A stretch of 63,496 nt of DNA, filler included, from Octopus bimaculoides (taxonomy: Eukaryota), in NCBI RefSeq assembly GCF_001194135.2. It is 5 parts of 5 records of this genome, joined end to end, with 100 filler letters (N's around TTAATTAATTAA, not from the genome) between each part and the next. Parts side by side here need not be neighbours in the genome. Positions count along the whole stretch, not along the records: positions 27,773 to 53,423 come from NC_068982.1; 4 more parts are not named here. One strand, written 5' to 3'. Every line of letters begins with the position of its first letter. The first letter of the stretch is position 1. Under the pieces are notes generated by a model. That model saw only the letters and a program-made list of their open reading frames with translations. It was not told the DNA's origin and searched no databases. Below are positions 34,255-48,021 of the stretch, in pieces. The translations under genes and the position numbers were made by a program.

Positions 34255-35099
34255 TGTGTGTGTTTGTGAGTCGAACTGTTAGAACATACATAAATAGAAA
34301 ACAAGTACCGGTTTTAATATTCTAACCGATGCCTCTTGGCTTCGTGTTTCTGTGAATTGTCATACGTATTTTATAACGCATACGAAACAGAGTGCTCCAG
34401 CATGGCTCAGGCTAAAAGCAAACTAAAAACATTCAGAGACTCCCAAACACGTATACACAAACACACCCACTCACAGACAAGAGCCACTCATACTCACAGA
34501 CATATACAATACTCACTCAGTCTCTCTCACGCACACTAACACACATACACGTGTACATACACATACATGGTGAAGTCCTACAAAAAGCACGATTAACGCG
34601 CAGCCATTGTTACTATAGTCAGAGACCAAAATTTCTTAGACGCCATTAACGCACTCACACCTTCATCCCACTAACGTGCACACATGGTATACATGCTTAT
34701 ATATAGATAGTCCTATACACACATATACCTCACTCTACGTATACATGCACATGCATATCCTTTACAACACGCAGGTACACACACACACTCAGAACGACTG
34801 TGTTTATGGAGCTGAAGAATGCTCGTCATGGTTAATACTTTGTCTGAACTACACAACGACTATAAGTGAGGGAACGAAAGAAAGAGTAAAAGACAGAGCG
34901 AGAAAGAGAGGGAGAGAGGTGGGGGGAGACACCTATGACTTTAACATCTGTAAAATATATAAGAGGAACATTCTGGAAGGATCAGCAGGACATTACTGAA
35001 TATAATATAGTCAGTCTTCCGGCGAAAAGCTCTATCATCATTAAGTGTTTCAATAAAGGAAGGTGTACGTGAGTGAGGTACGGTGGTAGTGAAAGGGGG

Positions 35100-35292
35100 A
35101 GGAAGTAGATTGTAGGGTTGAGTAGTGTAGTGGAGGATGTAGAGAGCAGGGAAGAGATGGAGAGAATAGGGGACGAGCGAAAGAAAGCGTGAAAGAAATA
35201 GACGCCAAACAGAGAGAGAGAGAGAGGGTGAAGTGAAATGTTAGAAAGAGAAACAATAGGATAAATAAAATGAGACACTTTTAAAGTGGGCA

Positions 35293-35373
<81 letters not shown>

Positions 35374-36170
35374 CGGGGAGAGAGAGATGGAGGTGGTGGT
35401 AAATATAAGTGTTTGTAGAGAAAGAAGAGATCAAAGAGAGACTGAGAGAAAGATGGTGTTGAGAAAACAGTCTGAAAGGTTCAATAGAGCAAAATTATTG
35501 AAAAACAGGGAGAGAAAGAAAGAAGGAAAGGGTGAGAGAGAGAAGACAAAAGGAAAGAGAGTGATTATATATACACACACATATAAGTATATATACATAT
35601 ATGGAGAAAGAGAGAGAGAGAGAGTCCTTTGGAGAGAAAAACGTTTGAGAGAAATCAAAATAATATACAGAAAGAAGTGAAATAGTGAAGAGGGAAAGGA
35701 AGGGAGATAATATACTAAAACACCACACAAGGAGTGAAGTAAGAGGATGAGAGAGGGAAAGAGAGAGACATTGGATAGATAGGGAGTGAGAGAGAGAATG
35801 AATGAAAGAAAAATATATAAAAAAAAACTATAACAAAAGGTAAGACAAAGAGGAAGTGAGAAGGGAGAGGAGGAAGAAGAAGCATAAGTGGTGGTGGGGA
35901 TGTGGCTAAGCTAAGGTTGAGAAAACAGAGCTGTAATAGGTACAAGCTGAACAAAAATTCCACCTCCACCAAAGATAAAATACTAAACAGATCACAAAGA
36001 GAAAAAACAAGGAAAAACAACAGACAGAAAAAGAGAACGAAAACGAGAAGAGAGAGAGAGGGAGAGAGAGAGAGAGAGAGAGAGAGACGAGGGGAGAGTG
36101 GAGGAAGAGAAAGGAGTGAGCAGGATAGCAGAAGGAAGAAAATAATTAGAAGTTTTGACTGTAGGGGTTA
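35100..36170 (+). repeat. ~1-kb purine-rich low-complexity tract with (GA)n
   Basis: Direct reading. Confidence 0.85.
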
Positions 36171-39100
36171 AGACGGGTGGAAATGATTTGTGTGTAGCTA
36201 GTTTGGTTTGCCAAGACCCAGTATGGAATGAATGTTTTTGCTAAAATCTAGGATACTGGAAAACGGAAATGATAATATTTTTTTAAAATTCTAATCTTGT
36301 AAACGCCGTACAACATGAGGCAAACTTCTGTTGAAACGAATCTTTCGCTGGGTTTCGATTCCCTGTTGAAGCCATTTTTCTCCAAACGCCGCTAACTTCT
36401 TTCCGACATATCCTGTAGAGTGTAATTTCCAATTTCTTCCTGCGTTCTTTTTTTGTTTCTCTTTTTTTTAAAATAAAAAGCTTTTCCTCTCTAAGAAGTT
36501 CATGTTTTATTTTAATTTTAATTTAGGATAAAGTTTTTATTTTATTGCATGGTTTTCTTCATTTATTCCTTCATTCAAAATTTCAGAGATCTTGAGAAAA
36601 TGATGCTTCGGTCGATCAGATTAGCGATAGATTCTGGACAACTAGTTGAGAGGTCAATGGTTCTTTTCTTGCCATCGATGCTTTTATCTTTGCCCTGGCA
36701 AATACACTTTACTCTCAATGACTCCACCCACATGAACAAAGTAATGTAATTTAGGGCTGTAAGTAACAGCACCATTAGAACTGAACATCTTCAAAATAAC
36801 TCCGTTAATAATTTCTATCGATTAAGCACAAGAACAATTTTAAAGCGTGGATTTATAGTTTATAAACTCATAAGTGTAACGCATAAGTGTAACAGTATTT
36901 CTTTATCAACCCCACAATCTAATTAGTTTCATTATGATTTGAACTCGAAATCATGAATTATTAGTCAGTAAATTATTTTGCTGAGGTACCCATTTAATTA
37001 TCCACAGGGTGTATCCCCCAGCACAAATACAAAAATCCAGATTAAAGTGACAATTGTTGGGTTACTGTTTATAGGTTGCAAGGGACTTATCAAGTTGTCA
37101 TATTTATCGGTTCCAATGTGTCAAGTCTGCAACCCGGTTTCAATTTACAGTTGTCTCTAATTCATTTCACTTACGACACAAACAACCTTCACATGAAGTA
37201 TAAAGGTCGTACTATTCCCCTTCCGCTTCCTATAAATTTTATGCCTTGCATCGTTGCTAGAAATCGATATTGGTGGACGCTATGTAATAAAAACATTGTA
37301 ATATACACTTTCGATTCTTCTTTACAAGAGCTTCACTCACTGCATTACGGATAGTTGTTTAATCAGAGCCATACGGTTTTCCATTTTCTTATCATACTCT
37401 GAAGTTTCATAATTAAAGGATGTTTGTTATTATTATTCTTGAGGTCGACTTTGCCTTTCATCTTTTCGGGGTCGATAAAATAAGTACCAGCTGAGCACTA
37501 CAGTCGATGTAATCGACTTACCCTCTACCCTAGACTTGATGGCCTTGTGCCAAAATTTGAAATCATTGCTATTGTTGTTATTTGTATGAGTTAGTAAGAA
37601 AAATCGTTGAATGAATAAAATAGCAGCCGATTGTGCTGTAGGTTTAGTACCACACGTAATACACTGCAAATAACAAATTATGTAAGCAAATACTTGCAAG
37701 CAACTTCAATTTAGTGTAGCAAGAATTGATTAAACCATTATTCTATAACTGACAATATGCGCAAAACGAGACATAGAGGAAAGAAAAAGAGGGGAGAGAG
37801 AAAGAGACGAGCCAGATGCTAAACGCTAATCTAGTTCGGTCCGTCAAGGTTCTAAATTGATACCCCATCTGGGGCTAAATTTATCGTTCTAAGTCAAGAA
37901 ATTGATTAACTGTACCATTTCTATACTTGAATCTATTATTCTCTCGCGTTGCGAAAGAAAAAAAAAAGGTGGAAAAAGAACTGATTATTCTAGTTTGTGT
38001 TGTTTTCTAAATTTTGCCGAAATTTATGAATGCGAACAGTAGATAGTTAAATGCGAACGAAACAATGAGTGTGTATCACAAAAGAGGAAATGAGAGAGAG
38101 AGAGAGAGAGAGGGTACACCGGTATTAGGCTGGTATTCATTTACAGTTGATAAGACTGGAGCAACGTGAAACAGAGTGCCTTGGTTAAAGATACAACACG
38201 CCGCCCAGTCTAGGAATCGAACAAAGATTGTGTGCCCAATACCCAAACCACTTGACCATATATGTGCGTATGTGTCTATGAATATTTATGTTTATATTTA
38301 CACCTGTCTAAAATCCGGCGTAGTTTACATTAGTATCTCCAAAGAGATAACCCTGAGGTTAAACAAATAAATGCTGATAAAAAGAAAAAACACTGGAGTT
38401 ACTATAACTGACTAAATCTAGGTAGACGCTGCCCCAGCCAGCATGGCCGTAGTCTAATGAGAAAAACCAGTAAAAGTATCATATTATATATAGAGTTGTT
38501 CATAAAATAATTTATGTACCATGCGTCCATTTTCCAATAATTCGCAGGAGCCATCGCCAGAATTCACGCCCCCTCACAAAAAACCATTTTATACGAGTAT
38601 GTATAGTTGTATTTAATTTTTTAGCGTTGACCGACATAGAACATTAATAAACCTAAATTTTGAGAAACTTAGGATTTGGTCTTTAGTGATCTAGGCCATG
38701 TCTAACTTAATAGTGCCAGCTGGACAAGTAAATCATTTAAGTCATGTTTTAGGTCACCATAGTCCACTCGATTAGGAAGTTACAGATTTTGCGGAAATGT
38801 ATCTGGGGTCAGTGGTTTGTCTGATATTTCTTGGAGGGTTTTCTCTAGGTATCGTTTGAATGGTACGTGTCATTTTCTTCGATTTTTTTCGGAATAATGT
38901 TGAATCGGGTAGGATCAATTGAGGTTAAAAAAAAAAAAGATGTAGTATCACAATGCTGTGTGATGTTTGGGGCGTATGGCTCTGGGGCCAAGGCGTGAGT
39001 AACTTGTGAACTAGATATCGGCATAATTTGGACAGTGCTGATGAAATGTTTTCTACAATTGTACATTGTACACTAGAATTCTTCAACACACATTTTTTCT

Positions 39101-40239
39101 TATATAATGAAAAGGGTAATTTGAAAATGTAAGTAGCAACAACACTATGAAATTCACAGTGGTTTCATTGACTTTTCGGTGTGTCGAGGTTTCAATAAGA
39201 AAATAGATTAACTTGAAGCAAGATGAGTTCCGCTTGACTGATTTAAATCTTGATATACATGAAAACAAAGTTTCTCAGTGATATTCCAATTGGGTTGCAG
39301 AGCACACTTAGAATACTCGAGTCAATTTTAATCCACTAAAACTCCTCCCATTTAAAAGAAAAAAAAAAGAAGAGAGAAACCATGTGCCTTGTGAAANNNN
39401 NNNNNNNNNNNNNNNNNNNNNNNNNNNNNNNNNNNNNNNNNNNNNNNNNNNNNNNNNNNNNNNNNNNNNNNNNNNNNNNNNNNNNNNNNNNNNNNNNNNN
39501 NNNNNNNNNNNNNNNNNNNNNNNNNNNNNNNNNNNNNNNNNNNNNNNNNNNNNNNNNNNNNNNNNNNNNNNNNNNNNNNNNNNNNNNNNNNNNNNNNNNN
39601 NNNNNNNNNNNNNNNNNNNNNNNNNNNNNNNNNNNNNNNNNNNNNNNNNNNNNNNNNNNNNNNNNNNNNNNNNNNNNNNNNNNNNNNNNNNNNNNNNNNN
39701 NNNNNNNNNNNNNNNNNNNNNNNNNNNNNNNNNNNNNNNNNNNNNNNNNNNNNNNNNNNNNNNNNNNNNNNNNNNNNNNNNNNNNNNNNNNNNNNNNNNN
39801 NNNNNNNNNNNNNNNNNNNNNNNNNNNNNNNNNNNNNNNNNNNNNNNNNNNNNNNNNNNNNNNNNNNNNNNNNNNNNNNNNNNNNNNNNNNNNNNNNNNN
39901 NNNNNNNNNNNNNNNNNNNNNNNNNNNNNNNNNNNNNNNNNNNNNNNNNNNNNNNNNNNNNNNNNNNNNNNNNNNNNNNNNNNNNNNNNNNNNNNNNNNN
40001 NNNNNNNNNNNNNNNNNNNNNNNNNNNNNNNNNNNNNNNNNNNNNNNNNNNNNNNNNNNNNNNNNNTATATATATATCTACACACGTGTTCATGTGTATG
40101 TGTGTATTAAAATATTTGGACGTTAGAACTTCGGCTTAAAACGTTTCTGTGGTAATTCAAAAGAGAATAGACAAGAATGTTTTCCTCTTCGCCAGTTTAG
40201 ACCATTGGGAGCATATTGTACTCGACATTGTATACTGGT

Positions 40240-40442
40240 TTTGTTACAAGGACAATAATTTCCGGGTATGAGGATAAGTCGATTACACCGATTTCAATGT
40301 TTGACTGGTACTTACTTTATCAACCCCGAAAAAGATGAAAAGCAAAATCGATCACTGCGGCATTTGAACTCCGAACGTTAAGATGGACCAAATGCCGGTA
40401 AGCATCTTGTTCGGCGTGCTAACAATTCTGCTGGCTCGCCAA
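40240..40442 (-). mobile_element. SINE family A copy
   Basis: Reverse complement of family A core. Confidence 0.75.
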
Positions 40443-42025
40443 CCTCTCAGCACTGTATATCGACGAAACACGTTGCGACATATACCACTTAGTTGGTACG
40501 GTAAATCTACTACACTACAAGTGCATCTCGGCATAAGCTGACAAACGTAACTCTATGCACTTACTCAATCTACTAGAGATAGTAACCAAATCTCCCTCAT
40601 ATTATATCCTACTGTCTTAAAAAAAAAAACACTCACTGGATAATGCAATTAGTCCATCTCGTATAAAAATACGAGATGATAAGCGTCGGAACATAAGTCT
40701 GTGTGGTCAGGTCTGTCGTGCGGTGAAAGAACACTTACTTAATAATTACTAGATTTTCTTATACATCCACCATAAGCTATATTTATGAATTGCATTTCTT
40801 AATTGTTCAGAAGAAAAATATTGTCCAACTTACAAGCTTCCTTGCTCACAGACGACAAACGACTATCATAAAATCTCACAGAAAAATAATAATTTCACTT
40901 CCTCTCATTTTCCTTGGCATCTTTGAACAAAGTGCTAAGCACCTTGGTCGGTTCTTCTCTAGAACTACATTCTATAAGTGTCTCTAACTGCCATCTCACT
41001 TTCTTTTTTGGCACACAGTTTCTCTTTCAAAATCACACACTACTGTTTCAGAAAAAAAAAAAAAAAATTAAGCACACTTTATATTACGTGGTCCCGGTTA
41101 CCTAATGTCTGATTGAAAGCAGGGATGGTTATAATTAGGGTACTTTTGATCGTAGGTCTTTCTACTGAATCCAGATTGACATGATGCTACACAACAATAA
41201 ACAACATTATTGATAAACAAAGAAATAAAAACTAAGTGGTCAGGGTTAGAACGCCTTTGAGTATCAATCTGTTTGCTCAAGGCTGAATTGGTACTAAACA
41301 ACGACGATGCAAATAATTGCAAAATAGTAAGCACTTTGAACATTTAGCATATTAAAAATCACTCAGCAATCCCTCATTGCTGTTTTGAAGGACATAAAAA
41401 ACCTACGGGTAAATACCGTCTTCGTTAAAGTAACGAATGCAAAACCATTGTATGTATGTATGTATGTATGTACCACTAGCATAGCTAGAGTGTGTGCCGC
41501 CTGGGGCAGCTCTTCAGTTTGCCAATCCCGGGCCCCGACAAAAGATACATATTCTCTACAGCAAACCCGAAAGTAGTGTCGCCCCCTCCGCCCCTCTCTA
41601 GCTACGCTAGTGGTATGTATGTATGTATGTATGTATGTATGTATGTATGTATGTATGTTTGTATGTATGTATGTATGTATGTTCTCTTCTATTTTTAATT
41701 ATTTGAAGTTATTCTGTTAAGAAGGAGCTGGTTTCTAATAAAGATATAAAGCTCCATCGCTGGAATGTTGATAACGAGAGGAGTGTTACATTTTAAACCT
41801 GAGAAAAGTCTTGCATATTTTTGTTGTTCCACTTACAGATTGTATTTGTAATGTGCGTGTTAGCAGGTTGATTTCTTTTACTGAAAACCCTAGCTTATCC
41901 AGCGTGTCGCTTAGGCATTTACTCACAAAACCAAGTATATCAATTATTATAGGAATAAATGTGAATTTATAATCTGGTTCTAGAAACTGAAGGCTTGTAT
42001 GTATGGATGCGTGTGTGCGTGTCTG

Positions 42026-42077
<52 letters not shown>

Positions 42078-42589
42078 AGTGTCAGTCAGAATGTATTTAT
42101 ATATATACGTATGTGTTCACATGTATGATAGTGTACGTTAGCTATCGAACAATAACAACAAAATTACTGTTGTATGTATGCGTGTGTGTTTGTATATAGA
42201 TACATAATGTACGGCAGTGCCTGTATGTCAGTGTATGTATGTATGTATATATGTATGTATATTGTGCGTTTATATGTATAATTGTACACGTTATCTTCTT
42301 GGTGTAATAACGAGCTAGCTTAACCTCAATACATGCGCAATACATTTCGAAAGGTTTGTTTCAGCGTTTTAATGGTATTTACATTAGAGCAGTGTGAAGT
42401 TATGAACGAGGGGGGAATCTTTATTATTACCAGTTGTTGCCATAACTACAAAAAAACATAGTTTTATGGATGAATTGCGAGGGAATTTCTGAGCATTGCC
42501 ATTACGGAGGAAGTAGTTGAGACATTAGAAAGAAAGAAAGGAATAGAGTCACCGTTTATTCGGGGGAACTGCTGGTGAAAGTGGCTATG

Positions 42590-42623
<34 letters not shown>

Positions 42624-43129
42624 TAGTAGTAATGGTGATAGTGATAGCTGTAATGTTTGTTGTAATGGGGTTATACGGTAATGATGTTGATGGCGCATAA
42701 ATCAAGTGGGATCGTGGTAAATGTTACAATGACTTCGTGAGAGAATATCCAAAGACGCTAGCAAAAGAAATGCTAGCACAGGTGCATACACGCACACACA
42801 AACACAGTTACACACACAATTACACACACAAACACAGTTACACGCAAGCAGAAACACAGACGCACACACACACACACACGAGCGCGCACATGCGCACGTA
42901 TATCCTATCCTTTCATTGTTTTAAGTGTTTCAGCTATTGGACTGCGGCCAAACTGAAGCACTACCTTAGAGGGTTTCTATTCGAAAAAAAGTCTACCCCA
43001 GTATTTATTCTTTCAAGTTTAATCCTTATTCTATCGATATCTTTTTTTTTTTTTGCTGAACCACTAATTTACGAGGATGTTAACGAACTAACACCGGTTG
43101 TTAGCTGATAAGGCAGCATCTACAAAGAT

Positions 43130-43380
43130 GTACATATATACATATTTACGCACGCGCATACATACATACATGCATACATACATACATACATACATACATG
43201 CATACATACATACATGCATGCATACATACATACATACATACATAATACATACATGCATGCATACGTACATGCATGAATGCATGCATACATGCATACACAT
43301 ACATACATGCATACATACACGAATACACACATATATGCATACATACATAAATGCATATATATATACATACATACACACAT
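43130..43380. repeat. (TACA)n/(TGCA) tetranucleotide tract
   Basis: Direct reading. Confidence 0.95.
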
Positions 43381-44081
43381 TCAGGACAGGTTTTCATACG
43401 GTTTCCATCTACCAAATTTGCTCATCTATACAAATTTGCTCACTAGTTAGCCCAGAATTTTAGTAGAAGAAACACACTTGCTCAGAGTGCCATACAGTGG
43501 AATCGAACCCGAAACCAAGCACGAACAAGTTCCTTTACAAACATGAAAAACTATAAATATCTGCGTGTGTCTGTATAATTATGTATGTGTTTTGTGGAGG
43601 ATCTTGCGGTATTCATGTCTGTTTTATGCTTTATATTAATTACTTTTAATTCACTTGCTTTAAATTTTAATTGTCAACATTATTAAATGTCAAAATCTTG
43701 GCTCCAATGGAGAGTCATTTTCGACGCGGAATCATATTCAAAATGGAATGCAAATTGCTTTACCAAAATTGCTCGAGGCATTGTACTCATGGTCAGACTC
43801 TCTCTAGAAGTTTCACATCTCAAATCAGTTCCAATTGCAAAAGCAACTGCAATCCTCAGTNNNNNNNNNNNNNNNNNNNNNNNNNNNNNNNNNNNNNNNN
43901 NNNNNNNNNNNNNNNNNNNNNNNNNNNNNNNNNNNNNNNNNNNNNNNNNNNNNNNNNNNNNNNNNNNNNNNNNNNNNNNNNNNNNNNNNNNNNACAGCAA
44001 TATTGATATAGGTGGTTTCAAGCCTAAATTACCATTATATACCTATAGAATTAATATTACATTAATCAAAGGAAACATTAA

Positions 44082-44296
44082 AGTGTCTACCCGCTAGAAA
44101 TAAGAGTTAAAACCCTCATTTGTTCCACCTAAAATATTTACACTGAAAATAACCGATTCAACAGTATACGAGCGAGCAGACCGAAAAATGCTTTCGGTTC
44201 GCTCGCCCGTATATAGTTGAATCTGTTATTTTCAGTGTAAATATTTTTGGTGGTCCAAATGAGGGTTTTAACTCTTATTACTAGCGGGTAGACACT
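44082..44296. mobile_element. 215-bp near-perfect foldback flanked by TTAA (MITE-like)
   Basis: TTAA|AGTGTCTACCCGCTAG...GACCGAAA-AATGC-TTTCGGTT...CTAGCGGGTAGACACT|TTAA; arms ~105 bp, 5-nt loop. Confidence 0.8.
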
Positions 44297-44376
44297 TTAA
44301 TGTATCTTTATATGTATATATGCAAATGGACAGACATATAGAGAGAAAACCACAATGAAAGATAGATAGACAGAGG

Positions 44377-44441
<65 letters not shown>

Positions 44442-44592
44442 TCAGACTGGCAAATATGAGAAGCATGATATAAACAAGAAACGTGTTTATATACTGAAAC
44501 CTATGTTTCGAATACTCGAATAATCTGTAGTACATGTATTGAGCACTTTTATTCTGGTTTCAAATGCAACTTACCTACCTACCTACCTACCC

Positions 44593-44651
<59 letters not shown>

Positions 44652-44742
44652 ATATGAGAACGTGTGTGTATATGTACGTATACGTATTTATGTGTCATGT
44701 GTATACGTATATGTATATATGCATATACTCACATATTATTTG

Positions 44743-44776
<34 letters not shown>

Positions 44777-45545
44777 NNNNNNNNNNNNNNNNNNNNNNNN
44801 NNNNNNNNNNNNNNNNNNNNNNNNNNNNNNNNNNNNNNNNNNNNNNNNNNNNNNNNNNNNNNNNNNNNNNNNNNNNNNNNNNNNNNNNNNNNNNNNNNNN
44901 NNNNNNNNNNNNNNNNNNNNNNNNNNNNNNNNNNNNNNNNNNNNNNNNNNNNNNNNNNNNNNNNNNNNNNNNNNNNNNNNNNNNNNNNNNNNNNNNNNAT
45001 ATATGTAATGCGTATGCGCGTGTATGTGAATATGTGTGTGTGAGCGTGTGTGTGTGTGTGTGTGTGTGCACGCGCGTGTGTATGTATATAACTATAAAGG
45101 AATCTCTGATAAATGAAATAACTAATAGTAACTGACATATAGAAAAATAATACTAACACGAGATTAAAATATTTATACAATATTGGTTAGAGTAGGAAGC
45201 TGTGAAATTAAATAGCATAGCTTGGCTAACGTGGATGGTGCTCCCAGGTCTCATATACCGAGTCTCTTGAAATCTACTGAAGATCTTCACTATCTGTGGT
45301 CTACTTAATATCGTTATTGAACCTTAATTCAATCCTGTTCGACCAGATTTATCAACAAAGGCGCTCCAGATACGACCAAACCTTTCCTTCTGGCAAGCAT
45401 AGTGTACCAAGAAACATTCTGCAGTATGTTCTTTCATAATATAGCTGGTTGTGGTTCGAGGGAAATCTATTTGGTTGTTAATTCCAGCTGGCTCGAGCGA
45501 CTGCATAAAGGGTCTTTGATTGCTTCGTGTATATCTAATACAAGT

Positions 45546-45845
45546 GTGGAGGCGCAATAGCCCAGTGGTTAGGGCAGCGGACTCGCGGTCATAGGATCGC
45601 GTTTTCGATTCCCAGACCGGGCGTTGTGAGTGTTTATTGAGCGAAAACACCTAAAGCTCCACGAGGCTCCGGCAGGGGATGGTTGCGAACCCTGCTGTAC
45701 TCTTACTTCCTGTTTCTGTTGTGCCTGTAATTCAAAGGGTCAGCCTTGTCACACTGTGTCACGCTGAATATTCCCGCACGAGCAGGCTGTTCCGTTGATC
45801 GGATCAACTGGAACCCTCGACGTCGTAACCGACGGAGTGCCAACC
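45546..45845 (+). mobile_element. Young family C SINE with 14-bp target-site duplication
   Basis: TSD TATCTAATACAAGT at 45532-45545 and 45846-45859; A box TAGCCCAGTGG, B-box-like GTTTTCGATTCCC; CpGs largely intact. Confidence 0.92.
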
Positions 45846-46289
45846 TATCTAATACAAGTAAACTTTTCATGGTCGGTCGGCTTTCTCTAAGTTTTAACTG
45901 CACTAAGATTTGAACTCATTTTATATCCTGTCACGGGCTATCTTCGCTTTTATCTGTAGAGGGCTTCTCAGTAACACAATGCGCCCATCCCGACTCCATC
46001 TTTCGAATTTCTGGACTTGTTCCAATGTTTTGATCGATTGAACTCCCTACAATAAACATTTTCGTCCTTGTACATGGTCTAAAATTCAGTTCCACCTGGA
46101 TCAAATGAGCTTTTTCATTGTTCCTGGGTGGCTAAAGTACCAGTCAAATATCGGGGCGACTTTTACAAACTGTCTTCCTTCCTGTAATAGACTATAATAA
46201 ACTGTCTTCATTGTGCTAAAGTCAAAAACCGTTACAATGGAACATCTATATGGTCGCTGAGCATGCTAGAAATAGTAGCCAAACTTCTC

Positions 46290-46299
46290 CAGTCACAAA

Positions 46300-46356
<57 letters not shown>

Positions 46357-46675
46357 GCAACTACTACTACTACTACTACCACCACCACCACCNNNNNNNN
46401 NNNNNNNNNNNNNNNNNNNNNNNNNNNNNNNNNNNNNNNNNNNNNNNNNNNNNNNNNNNNNNNNNNNNNNNNNNNNNNNNNNNNNNNNNNNNNNNNNNNN
46501 NNNNNNNNNNNNNNNNNNNNNNNNNNNNNNNNNNNNNNNNNNNNNNNNNNNNNNNNNNNNNNNNNNNNNNNNNNNNNNNNNNNNNNNNNNNNNNNNNNNN
46601 NNNNNNNNNNNNNNNNNNNNNNNNCTACTACTACTACTGCTGCTGCTGCTGCGATTACTACTACTACTGCTGCAG

Positions 46676-46733
<58 letters not shown>

Positions 46734-46761
46734 AACAACAACTACTGCTGCTGCTGCTGCG

Positions 46762-46836
<75 letters not shown>

Positions 46837-46840
46837 GCTG
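46290..46840. repeat. (CTA)n/(CTG)n tract with gap
   Basis: Direct reading. Confidence 0.95.
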
Positions 46841-47988
46841 TCCTATGTTAAATAGAGACAAATCTTATATTTGCACTGATTTGTTTTAGAAATATGCGTG
46901 GGTGCGTAGAGTGTATATACGTACATAAGGGAAATGTAGTTTCTCTTCCCAAATAACATAAATTCATCACAAGATTCTATAAATAATTTCGCAATTTAAT
47001 TACAAAGAACAAACACACAAAGACGAACCAAATATTTGTACACTCTTCCTTGTACTGCTCCCAGCGACTTGGGCCCTTGAGGCCAATAAAATAAAATGAA
47101 ATCATGTGTGTGTGTGTGTGTACTTCTTCCAGCAGTATTCTTGTATCGCATTTCATACTTATTAAGAGACAAGGAACGTAACCATGTTTCTATGATATCA
47201 CACACGTGTGGATATACTTATGCATATATTCATACTCATACGCACGTAAAAATCTATGCATACACACACGAACTTACATACATATATAATATGTGTATAT
47301 GTGTATTTGTATCTATATCTATACACACACACACACACACGCATATATATATTTATATATACTTAACATATAGGTATATATTTCTATGTATATCTACATA
47401 TACTACATATTCATACATATGTACACATACTCACACACACATACATACACTCCCACACATTCACACAAACACACACACACTACAGCAAGCAAGTATTCAT
47501 TGTTCTCTAACTGTAATGTGGTTTATTGCCTCAGACGAAACTACAGTCTGAACATTGAAGCAGTGTTTTTATTTCCCTAGAGGCAAATAGCTTTACGGTG
47601 TTTATATTTTATTTTAAAGAAACAAGGAGAACAAAAATAAAAAAAATTAAAAAAGGCGGAATATTTTCGGGTAAATTTATTTGTTACATAGGTTAATCGA
47701 ACGAAATGCTGACGTTTCCTAATCGGAAACAGCAATAGTATTTACCATTTTATTAATATATGCTTAAATGGCACCTAATTATAGAATATATATAGGGTAA
47801 GTGACAACATACACATATACGTACATACATAAATACTTACACGAAAACGTACATAATATATATATAATGCACACATACAAATAGCTTTATATGTGTTTGT
47901 TAAAATTAGAGTACAGTCTTGTTTTCAATAATACACTGATGTATAGGCATGTGCGTATATGCGTGTGTATATCACACTCTTTCCCCCC

Positions 47989-48021
<33 letters not shown>

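Noticed and set aside
43683-43860. Overlapping ORFs beside a gap
   Set aside because: No recognisable motif; length inflated by Ns.
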